Assembly (NCBI GenBank): GCA_951406725.2
Contig: OX597817.1
Span: 114,142,001 to 114,206,000, forward strand
Origin: Octopus vulgaris
Lineage: Eukaryota
Direction of reading: 5' to 3'
Length of the DNA: 64,000 nt
Positions within the stretch are counted from its first letter, which is position 1. Each line of letters begins with the position of its first letter. The notes beneath the pieces are model-generated. The model was not told where the DNA came from. It did not search any database and saw only the letters and a list, made by a program, of their open reading frames with translations. Of this stretch, positions 51,541 through 63,985 are shown piece by piece. The position numbers were made by a program, and so were the translations under genes.

Positions 51541-52878
51541 GGTTTAGTAATGTACCTTGCATTTGCTGATTGTTTTAGGTATTTCTGTTGTCATGAGCTG
51601 ATCAAGATACCCTCTTGTACTGTTTACTTCTCGTTCTGTGGCACATCTAGGATATGGAAGGAGGGAGGGGAGGGGGTGCACCAGCACCCAGCTGCTATTC
51701 ATTTATAGCTGACTGGAGTAACATAAAAGAATACACTTGCTCAAGGGCATAAAACATTGTCCATTCCAGGAATTGAACTTGTGACATTATGATCATGAGC
51801 CTAACTCTCCGACCACTTGGCCATGTACTTTCAATTCTACTGCATAGAGAACTAAAGTTATACAAATTTTAAATGGTACAAAAATTTTGGAAGAATCCTG
51901 TATTCCTTGTGCATTTGTGGTGTTGAGAGACATAAGGTGTCCTTATAGATCCTTGAACAATTCTACAAGTGATACAGGAGGTGTTCTGTTCTATAAATTT
52001 GAATCTTATTTAAATCTTCAAAAATTGAGCAGACCTGTTATCAAAGCACTTCCCCGCTGACCATCTCATCTTTATTTTAGATGTTATCAAGGTACCCATT
52101 GAACTTTATCAGCTTATCTGGCTTTGGGTAAAAGAAAATACACCAGGATCAGTTAATTAAGCTTTTATTCAACATTCTCTTCTCAGATTCTCATACTTAT
52201 TGCAGCAGTTCTTCAGTTCTTCTAAACTCTGTAAAAGAACTCAGAAGGTTGGGCCTTCAACCAGGTCTTTCGTGATACCTAGAAGCCAGAAACTTTTCAG
52301 CACTCCATATCTTGGTCGTTGATGCAGGCAAACTGCATGTTGGAAGGGATGCTTTTGTCATTGGATGATGAGTTTCAAAGGTCTCCATATAGCCATTTCT
52401 AGCTTATCTATGTTGGCTTTAAGGCCTGGCTTATGGATTGGAAGGAATGCTCTTGTAGTGAGCCTTGTCCATTGACATCTTGGTGGAATTTGATCTAAGA
52501 GCTAGAACAGATACCATAAACCATCTTGTCCAAACTTCTAACAATTCTACTATTCCACCATCCAAGATTGGTACTTTATTTACCAACCTCCAAAAGGATG
52601 AAACATAAAGTTGATCATGGCAGAATTTGCACAGAGGGTTGGAATAAACACCTAGAAGCATTCTGTCCAATGCTCCAGTGATTCTCCCAATTTGCTGCCT
52701 ATATCAAGGACTATTAGGCAAATTTTTCAGATGGTACGATGTAGTTTGAGAGCATTTGGCTGCTTTTTTCCTGTTGCACAGGGAATAAATAAGTACATAA
52801 ATGAAATGAAAGAAAACATAAAGGATAATAATGAAAATGAATGTCTGCTTAAAAATTGATTATACTGACATTGTCTTA

Positions 52879-52921
<43 letters not shown>

Positions 52922-53126
52922 ATGTGTGTTTATTCATTCATTCATTCATGCTCTGAATTCAGTTCCTTCATTGAATAGATACATCACCTGTACATGCAGA
53001 AAACATGGAAATTGTATAATTGCTTGTAAACTGAATTCATTGGGATGTGGACAGCAGAGAATTAAATACAAAACAACCAACACAAGTAGAAACTCTGAAT
53101 ATAAACAAAAATGAATAATAATAATA

Positions 53127-53192
<66 letters not shown>

Positions 53193-53334
53193 AATAAAAT
53201 AACACAGTAATAATACCGCTCAGAATTGCATACACATGCAAATATATATATGTGTGTGTGTGTGTGTACATATACAAACAAATAAAATGATAGAAAAATA
53301 ATACTGCACAAGATTACATACATGCACATATGCA

Positions 53335-53373
<39 letters not shown>

Positions 53374-53386
53374 GTATGTATCTATG

Positions 53387-53426
<40 letters not shown>

Positions 53427-55852
53427 CATATACATATATGCATCTATGCATATATATACATACACATACACATGCATATTTACATGCATACATATGTACA
53501 CATACTTATAGAGAGGCATTTTGTTTTTATTATTTAATTTCTATCCAAATATGCATTAAATTAGCTGGCTCTCAGCCTACAGGCTTACTGCCAGCCTTGT
53601 AAACAACTTCTGCATTTCCCAAACATTTGCTATTGTGAAATTTATAAGAATAATCAAAGAAATATCTAAACAAACAAAACAAAACAAAAATAAAAGAAAT
53701 TAGAAAAATGCCAGCAAATAAATAAATAAATAAATAAACAAATAGCACCAAAAATCAAAAATCAAAAATTTCAAACAATAACAATACAAAAATCAGGAAA
53801 AAAAAAAAACTCCCATTAACTAAAACTAAAAGAAAATGTTTTCTCTAAAGTTTTAAGTTACATTTCATTTCCCATTCTGGTGGGTCTGTGTTTCATTCAT
53901 TCATTCATTCATTGACTTTTTTTTTGTGTGCCTTCTATTGTTGTTTTTTATTAGTTATGTGTTTGTTGTTGTTGTTCTTATTATTGCTGTTCTGTATTGT
54001 TTTTGTTGTTATTTCACAGCAGTTGTTTGAATTCTTATGAATATACAATCCTTCAATTATATGTTCTATGGCTTGTTGCTAGTTACACAATATCAAATTA
54101 TTAATTTTGGGTTTTTTTTTTTTCTTTTTTCTTTTCGAAAAGCTTTGAGGTTGTTGCTATTGATAATGTTATTGTTGTTATTATTATTCTTTTTGTTGTG
54201 ATTTAACCCTCAGGTCAGCCCTGGTCGTGCAGACATTTATGATCAGAAGCATTCTTCTGATAGAGAAAGGGTTAGATTATTTTAATTTTTTTATTTATTA
54301 CATTTGTCTTTTTTTTATATTTTTTTTAATAAGTTCTTCTTTTGTTTGTTATCTGATGGTTTGTTTGTCATTTACTTTGTGGTAAGTGCAATGTATCTTC
54401 ATGTAACTGATACCACTTTACTCAGGGCTAAAATTTCCAGAATCTGTATGTGGGGAACACTGTCAGAATCCCTCTGGTTGTCAATTCATGCTTGTGCTTT
54501 ACAAGTAGATGGTAAGTGCCTCCTGGGAAGCAGCGGAGAATATTATATGGTCACTGGATACAAAGAGGACAGTAGAGAATGGGTGATAGATGCATCTTTT
54601 AATTTTTTTTTTTTTTTAGTTTTTGTCTCTTATTCAAATATTAAGTTTAAAAAAATCCTAGTTATAATATCATCATAAACTGCCTGTTTGCTCTGCATTC
54701 ACAATAACCATACTAGCAAGCAAGGTTGTATCAGTTATAGGAAGATACATTGTGTGCTTATCACAGAGTAAATGATAAACAAATCAGCCGATACGGAGGA
54801 AATTATAAAAAAAAAAAGGATAAGAAAATGAAATGACAACCATAAGAATAGACTTAAAAATGTGAACAAATTAATAAGCAAAACTGAATATGTACCACCT
54901 ATCATCATCATCATCATCATCATCATTGTCATTTAACACCAGTTTTTCCATGCCGGCATGGGTTGCTTAATTTGATGGGAGCTGCACCAAGCTCCTTTGT
55001 CTGTTTGGCATGGTTTCTACAGCTGGATGCCCTTCCCAATGCTAACCACTTTATGGAGTGTATTGGTTGCTTTTTCCATGGCACCAGTACCAATGCTTTT
55101 TGCATGGCACCAGTACCAGTGTTTTTTTATGTGGCACCAGCACTGGTTCTTTTTACGTGACATCAACACCAGTGCTTTTTATGTGGCTGGAACTAAATTA
55201 GTCTGATCTCATTACATTTATGTACACTAAAAATGGTGGGAAGGGTATTGAATTGTATAAGGGAGTATTGTAAAAGTGTTACTAAAAGGAAGGGGCAATG
55301 GTTAAAAAAGTTTGTGAAGAACTGATCTGTGCCATATTTAGTCCTTTCTTTTTCTTACAGTTTTTAGTTATAGCTTTATTGATCAGTAATTGATCTTTAG
55401 AGCCATGTGGGCCTTTCGCTGTAGTCTTTCTGCTCTTCTGGAATTTTTAAATCTTTTTTTCTTCTTGCAGATGGTTATATATTCTCTGTGATATCATTGC
55501 AGTTAAAGTTTTGTATGTTGTAGGAAGGTAGGTTATGGATCTAGCTTTTAGGGATCATTATTTCTTTGGATTTGGGGATTAAGATTTACCCTTCAGTGAG
55601 TGAGTTAAATGTTGTCTCATCTCCATCAGTATCTCGTTAACCCTTTAGCATTTAAACAGGCTATATCTGGCACAAATATTCTACTTATTTTGCATTTAAG
55701 CCAGCCAGATTTGGCTCCTTACACCTGCCCTACAATGTCATTCTAAAAATAAACAATCACATCATTAATATCTCAAATCTATGAGGTAGTGCATGATTAC
55801 TACAAAACAATATGAATAAATAAGCATTACATTTGACAGAAAAATCTGAATG

Positions 55853-56115
55853 TTGTTATATTTCAGGATGGTCATTTTTTTTGTTGCCAAATAAACACAC
55901 ACACACACACACACTATATATTTGTTTTTCACTCATTTATTATTGTTCTTATTTCATCTCACGCTCATTGTCTGGAAATCTTTCGTCACACACCTCTGAC
56001 CTCTTCAGTGCAGACACATGGGGTGGAAGAATCACTGAAGAGGTCACAGATGTGTGACAAAAGATTTCCAGACAATGAACATAAGGTAAAATAAAGCCAT
56101 CCTGAAATATAACAA
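55853..56115. mobile_element. Foldback element with a hammerhead-like motif in each arm
   Basis: Outer IR ttgttatatttcaggatgg; inner IR 55965-56010 / 56033-56078. Minus motif GTCTG-CA-CTGAAGA-G-GTCA(gaggtgtg)TGAC-GAAA-GA-TT-TC-CAGAC. Confidence 0.7.
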
Positions 56116-56155
56116 TATCTGGTTAAGAGGTGAGGAATTATGATATTATTTACAT

Positions 56156-56990
56156 TAATCAAAATAGATGAACATTAATGGAATTGTATCTTTGTGGTAC
56201 CAGTGCCGGTGGCACACAAGAAAACCATCCGAACGTGGCCGTAGCCAGTACCGCACCGACTGGCCTCCGTGCTGTGGGCACGTAACAAACACCATCCGAT
56301 CGTGGCCGTTCGCCAGCCTCATCTGGCACCTGTGTCGGTGGCACATAAAAACACCATCCAAAGACCCGGCAAGACTAGTCAGGCCATAACCTGTGGCCCC
56401 TACCTGGGACGTAGTCAGTCCACCTGTGCATACCTTCCTTCTTGTGACACTTGTGAAGACCTGTTGAGGCAAGTGAAAATCAAATCAAAACAAATCAAAA
56501 TAGATGAACATCAATGGAATTCGTATCTTTGTGGTACCAGTGCCGGTGGCACGTGGCACACAAGAAAACCATCCGAACATGGCCGTAGCCAGTACCGCAT
56601 CGACTGGCCTCCGTGCTGTGGGCACGTAACAAACACCATCCGATCGTGGCCGTCTGCCAGCCTCGTCTGGCACCTGTGTCGGTGGCACATAAAAACACCA
56701 TCTGAGCGTGGCCGTCTGCCAGCCTCGTCTGGCACCTGTGTCGGTGGCACATAAAAAACACCATCTGAGCGTGGCCATTTGCCAGCCTCGTCTGGCACCT
56801 GTGTTGGTGGCACATAAAATCACCCACTACACTCTCGGAGTGGTTGGCGTTAGGAAGGGCATCCAGCTGTAGAAACACTGCCAGATCTGACTGGACTGGT
56901 GCAGCTTTCGGGCTCCCCAGACCCCAGTTGAACCGTCCAACCCATGCTAGCATGGAAAGCGGACGTTAAATGAAGATGATGATGATGATG
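56156..56990 (+). mobile_element. Young RTE 3' UTR insertion with ~200-bp duplication and 62-63-bp tandem units
   Basis: 56156-56359 repeats at about 56493-56702; units start at 56645, 56707 and 56770; (GAT)n tail. Confidence 0.8.
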
Positions 56991-57114
56991 ATTTACATTT
57001 GACGGATATTTGCCCTCATCTTGTTTGTTGTTAACACAACAGTCTCGGCTGATATATCCTCCAGCCTTTGTCAGGTGTCTTGGGGAAATTTCAAACCTGG
57101 GTTCTCATTTCTAT

Positions 57115-57185
57115 GGGCATATAGCATAGTGGTTAAGAGTGCGGGCTACTAACCCCAAGATTCTGAGTTCAATTCCAGGCAGTGA

Positions 57186-57241
<56 letters not shown>

Positions 57242-57410
57242 GTAATAATAATAATAATAACATCAAAAAATACCTTAGGAATGAGAACCCAGGTTCGAAA
57301 TTTCCCCAAGACACCTGATGAAGGCTGGAGGGTATATCAGCTGAAACGTGTTAACAGCAAACAAGATGAGGACAAATATCTGGCAAATGTAAATAATGTA
57401 AATAATGTAA
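57115..57410 (+). mobile_element. tRNA-headed SINE-like element with (AAT)n spacer and hammerhead-bearing tail, preceded by an inverted tail copy (56991-57113)
   Basis: A box TAGCATAGTGG (57122-57132); anticodon-like arm GGG-CTACTAA-CCC; B box GAGTTCAATTCC (57165-57176); ACAC-CTGATGA-A-GGCTG...CAGCT-GAAA-CG (57311-57348). Confidence 0.8.
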
Positions 57411-57539
57411 AACAATATCTGTTTCAACACACAATTTCATATCAGGAATCTAGCAAAACAAATTCATAAACATTATCTGAATGCTGAAGAGTTAAACATG
57501 TTTGCTAGCATTCTCTTAAATATATTTAATTGGAAGTAT

Positions 57540-57945
57540 GAAATCTTGTGTGCTGGTACCTTAAAATTCTTTGTTTTTGAGCTACTTACAGTGTCTCACG
57601 ATTGTTCAGGTACTGTATTCATTAATTTGGTCAGTCTCATTCATGGTAATTCCTTCATGGTCCATGTTCATCCCAGATATTCCCAACTTTTCTTGTTGAT
57701 AGTGTTGTATTTATTTTTATGCAGTTCTTGATAAAATTGGTTTGAGTTAGAGTTGAATTGTTTGTTTTGTTCAAGGAACCATGCTTATTTTTCATACTAC
57801 AGATTCTTTGAAATTTTGTAGGTATCTTCTATTTCTGGTGTTTTTTTTAATTTTTACATGCCTTTTCTTATATCATATTTCTGTAACACTTCTTTTTCTT
57901 TCAGTTGTGTTGTATCGTTATTGGTTTCATTAAAGACTGAGAGAT
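57540..57945 (-). pseudogene. R4/Dong-like LINE pre-RT fragment
   Basis: Minus: WFLEQNKQFNSNSNQFYQEL resembles the 'QN..F..N...FY..L' motif of R4-group ORFs. Confidence 0.4.
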
Positions 57946-58413
57946 CTTTTTATAATTTGTATATATTTTATCATAAATACAAAACAATACTGCAGAGGAA
58001 TTGATGTAAGCTTAAATAATAAACCATGATAGGTGAATCATATGTGTGTCTGTTCCTTTTCTGTTCCTTTGTCATTTATTTAATTTTATATTATGCTCTG
58101 TACTCAACTAATGTTTGATTCTGAAGCATATGTATATTGAGGAGTTCTAACAACAGATTTGCTATGCCTAAGTGTGAAATATTTACACACACACACACAT
58201 ATATATATATGTAATGTGATGAGCTGGCAGACTTGTTGGCATGCCAGGTAAAAATGCTTAGTGGCTTTTCATCCATTTTCCCATTCTGAGTTCAAATTCT
58301 GTCGAGGGCAACTTTGCCTTTCATTCTTTAGGGGTCAATAAAATAAGTACCATTTGAGCACTGGTGTCAATATAATTGGGTCAAATTACTGGCCTTGCAC
58401 CAAAATTTGAAAC

Positions 58414-58481
<68 letters not shown>

Positions 58482-58525
58482 AACCCGTGCTAGCGTGGAA
58501 AACGGATGTTAAACGATGATGATGA

Positions 58526-58565
<40 letters not shown>

Positions 58566-61500
58566 TCATCATCATTTGTTGTCCATTCTGGCATGGGTTG
58601 GACAGGTGACCAGAGCTGGCAAAATGGGGGTTGCATCAGACTCCAGTCTGATTTGGCATGGTTTCTATGTCTGGATGCCCTTCCTAATGCCAAATATGAA
58701 TGTATGTGTGTGTTAGTGTTTGTCACTCCCACTGCTTGGCAGCTGGTGTTGGTCTGTTTATATCCCTGTAACTTAGCTGATCAGCTAAATTATAGGGATG
58801 TAACTTAGCTAAATGTAAGTTCAGAATAAATGCCAGACTTAAAACAAACAATGAAGTCTTGTGGTGGTGGTGGTGGTGGTGGGGGTCATACTGTTTTACT
58901 AAACCCTTCAAGATGGTGCCCCTGCAGTCCAAAGACCAAAATAAGTTGGTGATAAAGGATTAATAATACTGTAGGTATTTGTCTTGGAGGTGTTGATAAA
59001 AGTGGGTTTTACAAAATTGCCAAATACCTGTTTGTAATCTAAAATATTTCCCACACTGTAAAAATTACATTGTGAAAATATTACCCACAATTTTCTGATT
59101 TTCTCTCATTAATATCTTGTTAACGTTTTTTTCCCCCTTTTTTTCTAATTCTCAATGGAGAATTAATTTGTATTTATAAATCTTCTTCCTAGGAAATCAA
59201 TCCATTGCTTTAAATGCAACTGCATATGCACATCTCCACATACAGCTGCATGATTTTTATTTATTCATTTATGTACATATTTATTTGTGTATTTATTACC
59301 TTTGATGTCAGTGTTAACTGATTGTTTATGAAAACTACATTTTTGCAGCCTATTACCAGGTTTCCTTCTTTTATTCCAATTAGGAGCTGGTAATTCTTTG
59401 ATAAAACTGAACTTGAAATTCTTTTATCATCAAAACTCTAAACACTTATGTCACCTAAAACTCAACTAATTGATGCCTAACCTCTATCTTGCCTTTAATT
59501 TTGACTTGTTATTTCCTCTGAAAAATGCAATGCAAGTTTATTTTCTCCACTTCCTTGTCCAATGATACCTTAATTAGCATGCTACCTGCAGAAATAGTAA
59601 TGATACCATAATTGGAACATCAGGTACTGAAATAGTAATGAGGAGTTAACATTCTCTTTCTGTGGTCTTTTTTTTTTTTTTGCTTTTTTTTTCCCCTCCC
59701 CCTTTCTTTTGTATTTCTGTCCAAAATAATCAAGTATTATTAATATCATCTTTGTTCTCCACATGGTAAAGCAGTATTTTTTGTTTATTATTCACGTTTT
59801 GTTCTTTTAAATTCCACATCCTTTGTTACTATTCCTAAATGACAGTCTTCTGATAAATAAGAAGAACTAAGAAATAATTGGACAAGGGTACAAATTTTTT
59901 TCTCTTTCTTCTTTTATTATTCTCTCATTCTTTTCCTTTCATTTCTGTCCTATTATTCCCTGGCATGAAGAATATAGAAGTGAATGTTTATTGTCAGTTG
60001 TTTGACTGCATATTTCACTTTGGCTTGTCAGTCATTACAAGGCAAGTCTCCTTCTCTTTTACTACAATGCTACCCACTATTTAGTAGCTTGTTTGTGCCC
60101 ACTTTGCAACATGAATTATAGTAGTTCTACTTTAGGAGAAGTGTTCATGTGTGTAGGTACATGTAAAATACTAAACTAATTGGCCAACAAGCTTCAATGA
60201 TGGTATTGTCACTGATTGTCAGTCATTACTCACTCAATCATTACTCGCTCACTGTATTGTCCCAAGAGGTGATTCAGTGATGAACTTGTCATGAATGTTG
60301 GTTGTAGCTAGTAAAGTCTTTAATATTTTTTTTGTTACAAATGGTATCAGAAAGACATCAAGAGTTTGCTTTCTTAAAGCAAGAATTAGGTACATCATTA
60401 AGCACATGCATATAAATGGTCAAGTTTAACCCTTTTCTTACTGTATTTCTTTAAAATTACACTACTTTTCTTCCAAATTGCACTGCTTTTTCTTTCAATT
60501 AATTTTGAAAATACTGAAGGAATAAATAAAATAACTTTGTCATTATTAAGCTAGTGTTTGAGACATAAATAACATGAAATTTTAGACTAGGGACAATTTT
60601 CAGATGGTTTGGTACCAAAGAGATTAAAAAAAAATATTAGTTAAATACTGAACTTCTGTATTGAATGGATGTGGGTTGATTTGAAATGAAGTTTCACCTG
60701 GCTCATAACAGTGGTCAGTGTGTGTGGTAGCTGTTCAAGATATGAATTTATAGGGAAAAGCCAACTTGGGTTGTTTGGCAAATATTGAAACTAAGTAAAG
60801 ATGAAAGTGGCTTTGATTTGAGCTGAGCCCGTAATACAGTTTTCATATCCTGCTTGTAGCCATTTGATAATTAGTACTGTTTTCAAGAAAGAAATGAATG
60901 TCACACATTCCAAATTTCTTTAACTGGTCAACTTGACACTCCTCTCTTTCTGCAATACAAACTGCTATATAGAATCTAATTTGCATCCACTTGTAGCATG
61001 AATTATAGTAGTTTTACTTTAGAAAAACTGTTAATGGGTGGAGTTAAAAGTACATTTTAAGACACAGAACTGATTGGCCAAGAAGCTTCATTTTTTGGAT
61101 CATCACTGGTTGTCAGTCATCACTCACTTTGCAGTTCACACTCAAGGTATAATACTGAGGAATGATATAGTGATGAACTTGTGAATGGTAGGTGTAGCTG
61201 ACTTAGGAAGCTGATGAAGTCTTTATAGTTAGCTTTATTGTAAATGGTTTCAGAAATACATCATTGCTCTTTCTGCGACCCACACTTGAAGATATGATGC
61301 AGCCTTGAACATATTGTGAACGGTGATTATATTATTGTTCTTCATTTCAGAATCACTGAAATTTAAATTGAGAATTAGGGGCAATTCCAACCATGTTTCG
61401 TGGTTCGCTACCTCAACAGCTCCTTTATAGGATCCAGTGGATAAAAACATCATCAGGAGGAACCATATCCAGTTTTGGCCCCTATTCCTCTACCGTTTTT

Positions 61501-61939
61501 GACGTGGTGCCCCCCCCCCCGTAGGTGTCTTCAGCTCTGGTGTTGAGTGGGTTTCTTCTTTTTTCTTTGGTTTCTTTGATGCAGCATCAATGAATGTCAG
61601 TGGGCAACTGTCCATCCTGCCAAATTTTCCTTTAAATACTTGCTGGTAGGCTCTAGCAGCTAGCACCAGCTAACTGTCATGTGACGCTGTCTAATCTTCA
61701 ACTGACCAATGGAGGGGAAGGGTGCGTAGTTTTAACCCACATCCTCTCTAAACCTGCCTTCCAACAGTGGCGTGTTAGTTTCAGTTCCAGCAGCCAGAGC
61801 CAACTAGCTCTTAAATAATGTTATTTTCCTTTCAATGAAGCTCCTAACCACCACTGCCAGGTGGTAATACTTGACAGTCCATCCCATTGCTTTGCATTAG
61901 TGATGTTCTCTTCCCATGGCACTGTCAGCTCTAGCAAAA

Positions 61940-62250
61940 TTCCAGTTTTCCATTCTGTGTTCCACCATTGGTATATCTTCACCTCCTATCCTGAATTTCA
62001 CTTCTTCTTGGACTCCTTTCACAAAAGCCATGCTTCGAGATATTTTGGCTTTGAATTTCATTCTCACCCATCCTCTTAGTTTGTTCAACCACTCTAACAT
62101 TCCATTTACTGCTTCTCTACTTTCTGATAATACAGTAACGTTGTCCATAAAAGCCCTTAACGATGTCTTTGTAACAGATTTCTCACAGTTTGTTTATCTT
62201 AGTAACATCTCCATGACTAGCACAAATAATATGACTAGAGCAGCAGGTGG
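61940..62250 (-). pseudogene. HERO/NeSL-like LINE reverse-transcriptase fragment
   Basis: VILFVLVMEMLLR...LRAFMDNVTVL...WVRMKFKAKISRSMAFVKG...IGGEDIP; RT domain 5 FMDD has decayed to FMDN. Confidence 0.7.
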
Positions 62251-62363
62251 GTGTGCGACTTCTGTTTGTGCTCATTAGGAACAGCTGAGCAAAAATACTG
62301 CCTTTGTTTAAATTCTCCTGTGAACAAAAGACCTGTAATTTTAGTGGCTTCAGCTCTTTAGAC

Positions 62364-62563
62364 CAGTGCTTTTCAAAAGTTTTGCTGGAGCGGAACCCCT
62401 AGGAAACATTCCACTGGTTTGAGGAACCCCTGTGCAATAATTTAATAGTCTTATGCACACATATCTGCACAGGAGAATTAAAAATTACTGCCGATTTTAG
62501 CAGTTTTGTAACTTCTTGCGGAACCCCTGCACTGTACTGGCGGACCCTGGTTGAAAACCACTG
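62364..62563. mobile_element. hAT (Charlie-like) MITE, 200 bp
   Basis: TIRs cagtg(c/g)ttttcaa; perfect 8-bp TSD ctttagac at 62356-62363 and 62564-62571. Confidence 0.9.
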
Positions 62564-63197
62564 CTTTAGACATACAAGGCTGAGGGTCCAGTGACATGAA
62601 AGCTACCATACTTGGAAAACCACGTATAGCTTGATGGCAGGAAGAATATCCAGCACTAGAAAATTTTCCCCGATACATTTCATCTAACCCAAGCAAGCAT
62701 GGAAAAACCAGGTGTAAAAATGATGATGATGATGATGTAGTAGTAGTAGTAGTATTGCTACTAATATAAGAACAATTATAGGAATCACATTAATGCTATA
62801 AGAAGAGTAATTGAAATATATAATGGTTCCAGTATAAAATCAAGAACAACAAAAAGGGAGAAAAAAAAAACTTTCGTGAGGGGAAAAGTTGACATATGTA
62901 TTTCGTATTATAATAACTGCTAGAATTGTCTTCCAGTTGGTTTGGTCTAATTAACATAAGTTAACAAGTAGAAATTGCAATATATTTTCCATTGCTCACC
63001 TTAAAAACATTATACACATCCGGTTGTTGTTATGTAGATTTAAAATAAAATAAAGAAAACAAAAAAGAACCTTAATAAACAATGGAAGAAGGAAAAGAAC
63101 AAAATGTAACAAACAGATGAAGAATGTACAAGAAAAAAACTGAAGCAAAAATAGAAAACCTGAAAATATCACTTTGATAAATAGCTAACTTAAAACA

Positions 63198-63208
63198 TTA
63201 TATGTATG

Positions 63209-63259
<51 letters not shown>

Positions 63260-63580
63260 TCATGCACATATATACACGTGTATGTGTATATATATATATG
63301 TGTGTGTGTGTGTATATATATACATGTTTGTGTATACATACATATACACACACATGTTTATGTGTGTTTGTGTTTATATATCTATATGTATGTATGTGTA
63401 TAAAATATTTCCTGTATATATACATAAATATATATAAATATAAATAAATGTTTTTATATGTATGCATGTGTGTGTTTATATATTTGTACATATGATATAT
63501 ATTTTATTTATGTATATATGTATGTGTACACATATATGTATGTGCACACACACACACATATGTATTTTATATACATATAC

Positions 63581-63631
<51 letters not shown>

Positions 63632-63920
63632 AAATAAATATATAAACACACACATGCATACATATAAAAACATTTATTTATATTTATATATATTTAAGTA
63701 TATATACAGAAAATATTTTATACACATATTTTATATATTTTACATATATATATATATCTTTATAATATTTTCTGTATATATGATACATAAATGTATATAA
63801 ATATTTTTATATGTATGTATGTATGTGTGTAAACAGAGAACACGGTAATATTTTCAACATCTGTCATTTAATATATGATGTTTACTTGAAGAAATGATAA
63901 AATAGACAAATGTGAAGAGT

Positions 63921-63985
<65 letters not shown>

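Noticed and set aside
56269-56953. Repetitive Cys/Trp-rich ORFs; CRISPR-like periodicity
   Set aside because: Tandem modules of an RTE 3' UTR; no unique spacers and a eukaryotic context.
57115-57189. Functional tRNA-Ser gene
   Set aside because: Acceptor and T stems do not pair properly, there is no long variable arm, and the anticodon is ACT; it is a SINE head.
59587-59630. 41-nt minus-strand micro-exon candidate
   Set aside because: Weak donor (gtagca), and the pattern is explained by a 13-bp direct repeat gaaatagtaatga.
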